Shown here in pieces: positions 28,728 to 43,672 of a DNA stretch of 64,000 bases. The notes beneath the pieces are model-generated. The model was not told where the DNA came from. It saw only the letters and a program-made list of their open reading frames with translations, and made no database searches. Source of the DNA: Flaccisagitta enflata. Its lineage: Eukaryota. The stretch is from the NCBI GenBank assembly GCA_965153355.1, contig OZ231126.1, positions 30,752,001-30,816,000 on the forward strand. Direction: 5' to 3'. Numbering within the stretch: position 1 is the stretch's first letter; each line of letters begins with the position of its first letter. The position numbers and the translations under genes were made by a program.

Positions 28728-28911
28728 ACAATTGCATGTCCGTCTTACCGCGTCTTACCACCAACATAAGCCTTGCCCGAGCTCTGCACGCGTAAGTTGA
28801 CCGCTTCCTACTAGTGTGTCCTCAAATACTTGTCCGCTTACGTTGACTTGATATTAAGTTTCCGAGATTTTCTCCCGGTCCCTTTTTCGAAGCGCAAAAC
28901 TTGTCAGCCAT
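27882..28911 (-). pseudogene. decayed spliced gene of unknown function (exons 28911-28759, 28541-28434, 28087-about 27882)
   Basis: ATG plus phase-0 GT-AG junctions give a continuous frame MADKF...RKRSTYACRARARLMLV|VADLNANDCETFVFVRR...QYE|ADVKPIYTLKGTGF...; one TGA at 28824-28822. Confidence 0.6.
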
Positions 28912-29092
28912 TCGACTCAATCAAATTTAGACAACTGCGGCTGCGCGGATACTGAAAGACAACTTTGTATCAGACTTAACTAAAGAAGAGAGAATTCTCG
29001 AGTCGACTGAAGATTTGAGTTGACGAAAACTTTTTGTCCACAAAAAGTTTTCGTCTACAAAAAGTTTTCTATATGTGACATGCCACCCACTG

Positions 29093-31717
<2,625 letters not shown>

Positions 31718-32007
31718 AGAAAGGTTTCAGGGCCAAAAACGGTCAAAAATGGCTAATTTTGGCCATTTTGGGCACTTTTTTTGGAGACATTCAAACTAGC
31801 ACCTGAAACTGGGTATAACAAACCTGGATTACTGTTCCCCATAATGATACGCACATTTTAAGACCCAACTTCATAAGTATCAGGGGACTCGCCCTTTTTA
31901 TGAAGCCCTACAACATGTTATTCCGCAGACGGTAAAACTATTACTGCTCAGGAACTGGTCAGTCTTTCCCTGTCAGTTAGTCCGCTAATCTGCATCTGCC
32001 AACGTTG

Positions 32008-32852
32008 GTTGTTGTTAATGTTGTTGTTGTTGTTGTTGTTGTTGTTAATATAGTATAATATAAAAGTAAAGCTACCAAAGGAAGCAACCTTTTTACGAGT
32101 TGCTCATCGAGATGGTAGCTGTTCCGACAGAACAATTACAAATATGTGGCAAAGAAAAATAACCAGTCAGTAGTTCTTCAAAACCAAAAGCACGTGGCAA
32201 AGAACAAACCAGTCAGTAGTTCTTAAGAACCAAAAGCGAGCATTATTACCATGCAACTTCTAAAAATTGAAAATGCCATGTTAGAAATATTCAAAATTGA
32301 CCAGTCACTAGTTTTTAAAAATCTAAAGTATAAATCAGTGAAAAAAAAGTTGCATTTTCACCAAAATTCAACGACTTTCCAAAATATAAAAATGAAGACT
32401 ATAAATACATCCAACTAGAAAATATGATGCTTTCATAAGTGCAAATAATATCAGTGATTATTCTCTGAGCAAATACTGAGGATTTTATGATACTAAGAAA
32501 CCGTTTGTAGAGAGAAAAAAAAAGAAAATCTCTGTTTTGATCATCGTGCTCTTATGGTCGCTAAGTTAGTGAGTCATTTAATCGGAAAGCATGCTATTCT
32601 TCGCTCACGACGGCCGCCGATAACTTTGAAAAACTTGACACTTTTTTCATCCGCAGAAAGAGAATTGTTCAATTGCTCTGCATCTTGTCGTAGCTTCATC
32701 TCCCATGCTTTCTCCACTTGACATTCTAATTTTGTCATGTCGTGAGTGACAACAACCCCGTTCCATTTTTCCATCCCTTTCAGCTTCTTTGCCTTCAGGA
32801 GCATTGCATTCTTTTTTTCCAAGCATGCAAATTTAACCACCAGGGGGCGCAC
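32008..32852 (-). mobile_element. 5-prime-truncated non-LTR element: ORF1 C-terminus, AT-rich UTR and (AAC)n tail
   Basis: ORF 32574-32852 RPLVVKF...LLKAKKLK...HDMT...VIGGRRERR resembles CR1/L2/Jockey ORF1 C-termini; bounded by (GTT)n on both sides. Confidence 0.6.
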
Positions 32853-32853
32853 G

Positions 32854-32972
<119 letters not shown>

Positions 32973-33277
32973 GAGATGGTGGTGGCGGTGGTGGCGGAGA
33001 TGGTGGTGGCGGTGGTGGCGGTGTGTGTCTTTTCCTCTCTCTTCCGTTTTTTTTTTATTTTCATTTTAAATCACTTGAACTCCTCTGTGACAACGTAAAA
33101 TGTGGAATAAATAACACACTCTGTTCATTTAAAAACTCATCAAACCGGATAAAACAGTCTCCAACGCTGCCCCTCTGCAGAGACAGAGATAGAGCTCTGT
33201 CTCCAAGCAAGAGTATACTCAAACAGAGCACCTGCTCTTTTCTGTCAGGATTGTTTACAAATGGATATCTTCGATCC

Positions 33278-33512
33278 TTTTTTAGTTGCGGAAACGCAAC
33301 TCTATAAGAGGCCTTGTCCGTTCATCCGTCATCTGTCAGTCCGTCCGTCTGTCGGTCCGTTGGTCCGTAATGCACGAGTCAAAAAGTGGAAAAACGAGCG
33401 TTTTAGGTGTTTTTTTTATACATGTGTTAGTGGGGGGCATGGGGAGTGGATGGGGGTTGGATGCCCCCGCCCACCCGTCCGCAACGATATTGTGACCCCG
33501 CATCACTTGTTT
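33278..33512 (+). mobile_element. HINE-like element
   Basis: AGTTGCGGAAACGCAACT hairpin ... CCGCAACGATATTGTGACCCCGCATCACTTGTT; similar to 51181-51378. Confidence 0.7.
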
Positions 33513-34959
33513 GGGGTCGTCTTGTGTGACATAGTCAAACAAAAGCATAAAATTGAAAATTAAATCATGTCAATTTTCTATCATTCCCAGAACAGAATGT
33601 AAACAAGTTTTGTGTTCCAATGAAGAAAAACAAGGCCGGATACACGGCAATACAGTCGCGGACGATTTGGCAGGAGCACACTATGGCGCCGAACCAGCAC
33701 AGTATTATACAGGGCACAGAAGGTCAAAATTGGAGATAAAAAAAACGCCAAACCTATTCTTTAGTCTATATGCCTCATTTCAACCTGCCATAGGATCCTA
33801 TCTCGACCGGAGGTAGGTGCCCAGACTCTGGCTCTGGGAGCTGAGATGGCCAATTTAGTGAAAATTCAAAAATGAAAAAAAAATATGAAATAATCATTGG
33901 AGATGAAGTATATTGGTTAGTATGGAAGGTACCCATCATAATTTCTGATCATTTTTGGCATTTGGGGGCTCAGAGGGGTAGTAAAAATTGAGTTGTGAGG
34001 CTCACATCTCGGAAATCCTTCTAGCCTTTTCCTGGCTAAATGTAAACAATCGAAAAACTAGCTTAGAGCGTTTTTGCGCTTACCGTGTTCTGACTAAAAA
34101 AAGTGGGAGATGAAGATTTTCTTCACTCATTTTTTGTCTGTTATGTCTGGTGACAGTTGCGAATGAATCTATCATGTTAGAATTGTTTAAATACATAGAA
34201 TTCATCATTTCAAGATTCTCATGTATAAGAATTAGATCAAAAGTAAATTATAAACATCATGAAGGTCAAATCGCGTGACGAGTAACAGCGTAAGTATATG
34301 CGAGCAACATTTGATTCTACACAGGTGAAATAAACTCGAGAAAGTGAGTAGCCAAAAAAATTGTAACAGGGAAAATTTCCTTGTGCGTAATGGTGAACGG
34401 ACAGTTCGTGGTTTAAAGCGGCTTTAACAGCACTGGTTAGTATAAGAATTCGTCCTCTCCAACATCTGCAAATTCTGGTAGATCATCTCGATCTTCCAAA
34501 GGCAATGCATCGAGATCTCCTTCCAACTGATCTTCCTCACCTAAAGAGTGGAATGATGCAACATTGCAATGTCAGCGCGTAATTGACTTGGTAACCGGTA
34601 AATCAGATGGCTAGAAAGACAGGAATATAAACAATGTACAAGATCCTTAGTATCACCTGTATTGGTTCATTTGAAAACCATTTCTAAATTCATCCACGCA
34701 GCACAAAGCATTGTTTCCTAAACGTTGTTCCTGCCCAACTGTTCCCATTTATTGCCGTTTTTTTCTTACTTCGTATGATTCTCCGGTCATCACTATGGAA
34801 ATTGTTCCTGAACTCAGGGCTCTCGATTCATAAGACATCGTAATCGTTACGGCGGTTGCAACTTCCTTCTTTGTAATGTTTGACGTACACAGTTTCGCCG
34901 TCGTGAATTCCTTCCAGGACATTGACGCGACCCCCGCGCGCTTCTCTTGCCACCTAAAA

Positions 34960-35057
<98 letters not shown>

Positions 35058-35304
35058 TAGACAGACAAACAGGCTGAATTAGCTAGTATACAAGAGGTAG
35101 TGAAGCTGATAATTGAGCGAGTTTTTGATTGTTGGAATTGGTGGAAGTGGGAATGAAAAGAAAAAAAAGTTGATAACGCAGAGAAATACCTCGTTCAATT
35201 TTATTCCTATCAGCGAAAGCTGCCATTATTGGTAGTTATTTTAATTGTGGGTATCTCAAATTCTTTTGAAAGCTTTATATAAAAAGTGACATTCTTGTAA
35301 GAAA

Positions 35305-35441
35305 AAAACAAGGCCGGATACACGGCAGGACAGTTGCGGATGGTTGGGCAGGGGCATTTATACAAAAACCGCTCGTCATTCAAAATAGATGAACGGACCG
35401 CCACAAGGTGTATACGTGTATAATCTGTCCGCGACTAAAAA
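35305..35441 (-). mobile_element. short HINE-like element in a transposase intron
   Basis: AACAAGGCCGGATACACGGC ... GTCCGCGACTAAAA. Confidence 0.65.
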
Positions 35442-35949
35442 TGAATATTGATTACTAACCACGTGAATTTGAGAACATTCTTTGTTTAGCTCTTTTTCAT
35501 GGGCTTCAACGTGACTGGGCGCCGGAAATTGCCAAATTTTGTTCAACGCTGAGTAGACTCTGTCGGGAACTCGATTCTTGTCTTTCCATGATGACGCGTT
35601 CTCCACTTGACGTCTTTCTCCCGGATTGAGCTCGGCGTAGGTTTGTGGTTTTTCGGCTTAAACCTTCAGTTGACAGCCATCTCCATCACGGAGTGTAAGA
35701 GTCTCCAGGCGAAAACCTCTCGCTTCGCCGTAGTGGTTGATTTCGTTAACAAGACGTTCACGGTACGACGCTTTTGTTTTCTCAGCACCACCTTTCCCCA
35801 TTTCCGTAAGCATCTTCCGTTCAAGTACTTTCTGGCGTGACTTCTCTTTACGATTTAAACGATCATTCTCGGCTCTCAACGTGTCTAGAATGTGATGCAA
35901 AAGGAGGAAAAAACCTGACTGTCCTGAATAACTTTGCTTCAGATTTTTC

Positions 35950-36017
<68 letters not shown>

Positions 36018-36342
36018 TTTCTTCCTTTCTTTCTTTCAGTCTGTGTTTGTCAATTAAATCAATTTTGACGGATCATGGGCCAAGTCATTTTGCCTGGCAA
36101 TTTTCACAAGCATGGGGAACTAACAGACCAACAGTCCGGGCCTCAGAGGAAATTATGAAAAAGCGCCAAAAAAAAGAAGTTTTACCGGGAGTGTTCCTTT
36201 CTTGTCGACGGTGCGCTCAGCGACGACAACGTCAACGTCGGGTGCAGATTCCAAAACCGCAACTTCTTTACTGATGACGATTTCAATGTAAGGTGCGGGT
36301 TCGACGACGGCATCTTCCGCGATGACAACTTCAACGTGAGGC

Positions 36343-36856
36343 TTGGGTGCTTCACATAGCAAAAGTTGGGAGTATCTCTCACCCTACTGGGAGAATATGG
36401 AGGAACAAAAATCATGAAGATGTCTATTTTCTTTTTTTTCAAAATTCGTTCATCTTCCGTTTTTGTTTTAGCCTTAAAGTTTCCACAGATTTCCCAGAAT
36501 TCAGCATAATCCTGTGTAGTTTTGGTACTAAAAGGGCAACAATTTATTTCAGAAAATTATGATATTTGTGAAAATAAACTAAAATTTCAGATCATAAGCT
36601 ATGAAAGAGCTTATGAACAGGCAGACCAACAATTCTTTGAAGAGCAGAAATTAGTACAAGCTAATTTAAAGAATGTCAGTAATTGTTTTATCCCTCTGCC
36701 TTATGCAAATTAGGTCTTAAAAAACAATTTTTTAAAAAACAGAAGATGAACAATTTATGATAAAAGAAAAATGATATGGGTCCTAAAATTGACCACTCCA
36801 TATTAAGTAAAGAGGGTGAAAAGAAATAACTAACTTTTGCTATGTGAAGCACCCAA
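36343..36856. mobile_element. Mutator-like MITE (9-bp TSD), copy 1
   Basis: TIR TTGGGTGCTTCACATAGCAAAAGTT perfect at both ends; TSD ACGTGAGGC/ATGTGAGGT. Confidence 0.8.
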
Positions 36857-36956
36857 ATGTGAGGTTTGGGGTCGTCAATGGCAATTTTGATGTGAGACGC
36901 AGGGTAGACAACCGCATCTTCTTCGTCAATGACAAGTTCGACATGAGACATGGGGT

Positions 36957-39260
36957 TTGGGTGCTTCACAAAGCAAAAGTTCGGAGTATCCCTCTACCCT
37001 ACTTGGGTAATGTGAGGGAGCAAAAATCTTGAAGATAACCATTTTTCTTTTTTTAAATTTCCATTATCCTCCGTTTTTGTTATGGATCTAAAGTTTCTAC
37101 AGATTTACCAGAATTCAGTAAAATCTTATGTAATTTTGTTACAAAAAAATAATTATTCATTTTAGAAAATCACAATTTTTATAAAAACAAACTAAAATAT
37201 CAAAACATAAGCTATGGAAGAACTATGGAAAAAGCAGATTAGCAATTCAATGAAGAGTAGAATTTTGTAAAAGCTAATTTAAAGAATATCAGTATACTGT
37301 TTTATGCCACTGCATTATGCAAATTAGGTCCTTAAAATCAATATTTTAAAAACGGAAGATGAATGATTTTTAATAAACAAGGCCAACACCTATAAGTCGC
37401 GTGCGAGACTTACTTACATAATCGCCTGATTATTTAAGTACGTTATTTCCTGTAATGATGATAATGACTATAATTACCCATTCACCTATAATTGCCTATA
37501 ATGACCTATGATTACCCATAATTACCTATGATTACCTATAATTACCCATAATCAAATAATGACCTATAAGTACCTATAAAGACCTGTGATTACCTATAAT
37601 TACATATGGACCAATAATTACCTATAATGAGGTATGATTACCCAAAATTACCGACAATTACCTACAATAACATAATGATCTATAATTACCTATAATGACC
37701 TATGATTACCTATAGTTACCTATAATTACCCATAATTAAATAATGACCTATAAGTACCTATAAAGACCTATGATTACCTATAATTACATATGGACCAATA
37801 ATCACCTATTATGACCTATGATTACCCATAACTACCCATAACTACCTTTAAAAACATAATGACCTTTAATGGCCTATGATTACCTATATTTAACTGTAAT
37901 TGCATAATGACCTATAATTACCTATAATTACTTATGATTAGCTATAATTACCTTAAATTGAATATTGACCTATAATTACCTATAATTGTCTATTTACATA
38001 ATTACCTATAATGACCTATGATTACCTATAATTACCTATTATGACATAATGACCTATAATTACCTTTAATGACCTTTGATTACCTATGATTACCCATAAT
38101 TTCATAATGACCTATGATTACCTATAATTATCTAAAATGACCTATAATTTCCTATTATTACATAATGACCTATAATTACCTATAATGATCTATAATTACC
38201 TTTAATTACCTATGATTATCTATTATTACATAATGACCTATAATTACCAATAATGACCTATAATGACCTATAATGACCTATATTGACCTTATAATGACCT
38301 ATAATGACCTATGATTATATAATGACCTATAATTACCTGTAATTACCTATAATTACCTATAATCACCTATAATTACCTATAATTACCTATGATTACATAC
38401 TGACCTATGATTACCAATAATGACCTATAATTGCATAATAACCTATAATTACCTATAATGACCTATAATTACCTATAATTACATAATGACCTATAATTAC
38501 CTATAATTACCTACAATGACCTATGATTACCTATAATGACCTATATTACCTGTAATTGCATAGTGACCTTTAATGACCTATAATTACCTATGATTACCCA
38601 AAATTGCATAATGACCTATAATTACCTATAATTATGTAAATAAAAAGTGAAATGACTATATTGACTAAAATGACTGAGAATGACTTAGAATGACTAAAAA
38701 TGACTTAAAATGATGTATAATGACTTATAATGACATAAAATGACTTCGAATGACTTAAAATGACTTAAAATGATGAAAAGGATTATATTGACTAAAATGA
38801 CAATAATGACTTAAAATAACTTGGAATGACTTAAAATGCCTTTAAATCACTTGAAATGACTTAAAATCACTTTAAATGACTTAAAATAACTTTAAATGAC
38901 TTAGAATGACTTAAAATGATGAAAAGGACTATATTGACTAAAATGACAATAATGACTTAAAATGAATTAAAATGACTTAGAATGACTTAGAATGACTTAG
39001 AATGACTTAAAATGACTTAGAATGACTTAGAATGACTTAAAATGACTAAAAATGACTTAAAGAAATAAAATTTATAAAAAAAGTAAAGTGTGACCGACCG
39101 ACCAACCGACCGACCGACCGACCGACCGACCGACGGACAAAGCGGGTTGTAGAGTCGCGTGCACGCGACTAAAAATGGTAAAGGTCCTAAAATTAGCAAC
39201 TCCGTATTAGGTAGAGAGGGTGAAAAGAAGTAACCAACTTTTGCTATGTGATGCACTCAA
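36957..39260. mobile_element. Mutator-like MITE, copy 2, with nested HINE
   Basis: same TIR; TSD ACATGGGGT/ACGTGGGGT. Confidence 0.8.
37375..39175 (-). mobile_element. HINE-like element carrying ATAATTACCT/AATGACTTA satellite arrays
   Basis: ends are the reverse complement of those of 22491-23890; the central array is different. Confidence 0.8.
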
Positions 39261-39437
39261 ACGTGGGGTTGACGACTGCATCGTCTTCGTCGACGATGCT
39301 CTCAGCTAAGGCGCAAGTATGATATTCTTCAGATACCGAGTACGTAAGATCTGATGCGAATTGTGAGGAGGTCAAAATTTGTCCTATTATCTCTGCTACA
39401 GTTCAAGAGAGATTCAGAGGGAGAGAATAAGGACAGA

Positions 39438-39487
<50 letters not shown>

Positions 39488-40270
39488 TATTTCCGTTTGC
39501 AAAATTAGTGTCGTAGAGAGATGGACCAATGGATGGATGGTCAAGGGATGAGCTAACTTATGGAGGGTTGGACTGAAGAACATTTAAAACCTCTTATGCA
39601 ATGCAGGGAGCTATTTAGATCCAACTATTGGCCTTATTTTCGCAGGAAGAAATAATGCGTCAACTGCGAATGTTGTTCTTAACAATATCTTTTTAACCTA
39701 CCGACGACTTCACTTGTATTCGCGTAACTGTTGTTATTTTTCATCACTGCAACAACACTCGCGCAGATTTTTTCTGCTCGACTGAGAAAAAAAATCGTAA
39801 AGAAAGAAAGAATTTTCAGTTGCTCTCTGAGCCAAGAGCTCGATAACTGCCGATTTGACGCTCAACTTCTTTGGAGGTGTTTAGTTTCAGATGCTTTTGC
39901 TTAAAATAGAGGAGGTAAGTAATCTTATTTATTTTTTAAGCACTGATCAAAAAAACATTAAAACCATATGATTGTTGAAATATGTAGAGGAGACTATGAG
40001 GTTTCATAATCAGGTTTCCACATATTGGTACAACTCCTAGTTTTTGCATAATACTGTAAAACGTATTTTTTAAAAATCAATGAGCAACTTCCTATTATAA
40101 TCCTATGGATGGAGGAAGAGCAAAAATTTCAGTTTTTTTTTTTAAGCTATGATTACCAAAACATTAAGAACATTTTCTATGGCAATTATTACTCCTTAGT
40201 GATGGTCTATCAAGGACTGGTTTTCATATAATGGTACACCTCACTAATTTGGAGAAATAGCACTTTGCTA

Positions 40271-41054
40271 CAGGGAATACCGCGCCAAATGAAACAAAAG
40301 AAAACGACATAACTTTGCTTCTAGAGATAGAAGATCAATTTTGTAAAAAGATCCAGAGAGTTCTTAAAAAACGATTTTTTACTGTTCAGTTCAGAGTCTA
40401 TGAGGAAGAACTACTTAGTGCTCACATCTTTTTAAAAAACTACAGCTTTTTTCAATGTTCTAAAGGAAAATTGTGGATTTTTAACGGTTTTGAACATGAA
40501 ATTAGTGGTTCCCATTAAAATATAGAGCAAAAATTGTAGGATTTTACCAAACTTGATTCAAATTCAATTTAAATTTTAGATATGCTCACTTTGTTTTAAA
40601 AATTAGACATTTGGACTGATGAAGACAACTCAGAGAATCCATCTTCTTTGAGCAACATATTGGAAGTGGTGAAAAAAACCAGTTTTCTTGATTTGAAATG
40701 TCCCCATAGTACCTGTTCAGACAATTTCATAAAAAAATTTGAATTGTCTTTAATATGAGCCCAATCTCATGTATTTAGCTCAATTCGTTTGGAAATGATA
40801 TTGAATTAAAGATGAAAGGTTTAGCTGCTTTGAATGAGAGAAATTTGATAAAATGATTTTTTTTCAAAATGAATGTTTTTAAAACACATTCTATGGTCTA
40901 TGGAGGGTCAAAACCATTAGGAGGTTGGAATGTATCAGAACAGGACAAAATCGTTTTTACAGTGCTTTCTAACATTTTTTTCAGAGTTGAAATATCTTTT
41001 TCCAATGCAGAATTATGTCGTTTTCTTTTGTTTCTTTTGGCGGGGTATTCCCTG
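40271..41054. mobile_element. mariner-type MITE
   Basis: TA-CAGGGAATACCGCGCCAAATGAAACAAAAGAAAACGACATAA ... TTATGTCGTTTTCTTTTGTTTCTTTTGGCGGGGTATTCCCTG-TA. Confidence 0.85.
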
Positions 41055-42184
41055 TATTTTACCAACTCTCACAAAGAGGATTCTAGATCAGCTCTATTGT
41101 AAATTTTTCTCTTTAAGCCACCTTCTTTTGATATGTTGTTTATTATTCAAACATATTCTTGTTGATGGTGGATAAAAAGAATGTACATTGTATGACTAGG
41201 TGGTGGTAGTGGTGGTGATGTGGGGGGAGGAGGAAGAGGAGGAGGAGGCGGCGGTAGAGGGAGTAATTTTGCATATTGATATGATAGACCAAGTTTATTT
41301 GCATATTCTTGTTGATAGTGGGCAAGATGAATGTGCAGTGTATGACAAGGTGGTGGTGGTGGAACACATGTAGAGTAAAAGGAGGAGGAGGAGGAGGAGG
41401 AGAAGAAGGCGGTTGATGGAAAAAATGTGCAAATTGATAAGGTAGAATAAGATCACTATCACATCTTTTGTAAAAAGTAGGTAAGAAGAATATGCTGTGT
41501 ATGACAAGGTGGTGGTTGAGGTGGTGGTGGTGAAGGAGGAGAGGGCAGCGGTTATGGGAAAAATCATGTAAACTGATGACTTTTGACTAGATTCTTGTTG
41601 ATAGTGCGTAAGAAGATTGAGCTATGTATGACAAGGGGGTGGTGGTAGTGGTGGAGCTGTAGGGGAGGAGGAGGAGTAGGAGAGGGCGGCGATAAAAGGA
41701 AAAATTGCACATATTTTTGTTGCACATATCATATTCTTGTTGATAGTGGGTAAGCAGAATGTGCATTCTAAAACTTGGTGGAGGTGGTGGAGGAGGAGAA
41801 GGAGGAGAAGGAGGAGGAGGAGTAAGAGGTGGTTGAGCGTGGTTGAGGGAAATATTGCCAATGGACCAACTGACAGACCAACAAGCAGTTGCATGCATAC
41901 AAGCAGTCTCCCACATTATTAGTCTTGAGCCATGTTTAGAATCCCTCTCCTACATCCCTCCCCAACTCAAGAGAGCCACAGTGAAGCCTCAGGCACATGT
42001 ACAAACATCAAACACTGTAGTCATTTTGAAAATTGAATTGCTGTGGCCATGTGGCCATGTATTAGTAGGGAGAACAAGGCCATATACAAGGTAGCATTAA
42101 TCAATGGGTGGGCAGGAATAGATATCCTGATAAAGCGACTTTGTGATGGACAGACTGACAAACAGACTGACAAACGGACAAATT

Positions 42185-42875
42185 TGGGGCCCTTTAAGGC
42201 CCATGGAGCCCGCAAATTGACATGATATTGCTTGCCAGGGCTAGCTTGGCCCAAGCAAGGTTGAACACAAGCATGAACATATAATTTTTTTTAAAATGGG
42301 CATAAAAGCTTATTTCCTTCAAAATCGCTATTTTTGGACCAATTTTGGGCCCAAAGGGCCTTCTGGGACTTGTAAAACTCCAAGATATTGCTTGTCAGGG
42401 CTAGCTTGACCCAAGCAAGGTTGTACATAGGCATAAAGATATCAATTGACTTTAGAAATTGAGAAAAAAAGCTTATTTTCCTAAAAATAACCATTTTTTG
42501 GCCATTTTTTGGCCATTTTTGGGCTCGTAGGGCCCTCTAGGGCTCATAAAGCTCTGCAATATTGCTTACCAGGACTAGCTTGACCCAAGCAAGGTAGTAC
42601 GTAGGCATGAAGATATCATTTTAGTCTAAGAAATGGGCAAAAAAACTTATTTTCCTCAAAATCGCCATTAATGGGCCATTTTTGGGCCTGTAGAGTCCTG
42701 CGGAGCCTGTAAAATGCCATGAAATTGCTTGCCAGGGTTAGCTGGACCCGAGCAAGGATGTACATAGGCTCAAAGATAACATTTAAGTATGAAAAATGGG
42801 CAAAAAAGCTCATTTTCCTCAAAATTGACATTTTGGGACTCATAGGGCCCTCTGGGGCCCGTAAAGCTGGATATT
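42185..42875. repeat. four roughly 165-175 bp subterminal tandem repeats of the CACTATG element
   Basis: ATTGCTTGCCAGGGCTAGCTTGACCCAAGCAAGG-like core near 42227, 42387, 42561 and 42724. Confidence 0.8.
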
Positions 42876-43545
42876 TTTTCTTGTTTTAGCTTCTAGTTCT
42901 AACACACTCCTAGGATTGTGTTGTACAAAAAAAAAAAGTGACCAAAATAATTTTGTGCTGGTATCGCCCAAAACGCGCATAGTGGAGCAGTGATGCGAAA
43001 ACCGATCGCGATTCAGAAATGTGACGGGCCGACGGACCGACGGACCGACGGACGGACCGACGGACGGACCGACGGACGGACCGACGGACGGACTGATACG
43101 GCAAGGTGTAGAGTCACGTGTCCGCGACTAAAAATATAACTTGGAGATTGAGAGGAAATGGGATTGAACAAGCAAAGGACGTTTGTCATATTAACACATC
43201 TTGTTTGTTCCTGTACACTGTACAGGCCCAAATACGCCGCTTGTTGTTTCGAAAACTTATTGAACATAAACAGATTGTGAGTGCTTTCAGAATGTCCCGC
43301 CTTGCTTTCCGTATTGTCTTTTATTGTCTCTGCAAAAGTAATCCTATTCTCGACGAATCTCGTTCTTAAGTTACTCAAATACTTTTCTTACTCGTTGTTT
43401 CTCCCCCGTAAAATACGTTTCATTCTTAGCTCGGGAAAGGAGAATCAAGACAGACCTGGTCCACAGCCAACATCTGTCGCGTGTTATTGTCATGAGAAAA
43501 ATTGAGTGAATCGCAGAAATGGTAAAAACATGTGGACGGACGGAC

Positions 43546-43584
<39 letters not shown>

Positions 43585-43618
43585 AAACACACAAACACAC
43601 ACAAACACACACATACAT

Positions 43619-43672
<54 letters not shown>

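Larger units (their letters stand above)
34437..39781 (-). pseudogene. spliced, decayed RAG1-core/Transib-related transposase gene
   Basis: exons 39781-39702, 39350-36186 (minus two MITEs), 35884-35460, 34953-34770, 34540-34437; motifs KDKNRVPDRVYSAL..FPAPSHVEAHEKELN, ETVYVK and TISIVMTGESYE; one stop, one frameshift, central part missing; the 36186/35884 junction phases do not match, so an exon is probably missing. Confidence 0.65.
33679..42984 (-). mobile_element. RAG1/Transib-like DNA transposon with CACTATG ends and a 5-bp TSD
   Basis: TSD GAGCA at 33674-33678 and 42985-42989; both ends start CACTATG and share ACCAGCACA..ATTAT; splits a HINE (33628-33678 plus 42990-43133). Confidence 0.85.

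Noticed and set aside
28822-28824. Selenocysteine TGA in the orphan gene
   Set aside because: No redox motif or identifiable SECIS; CGA-to-TGA decay is simpler
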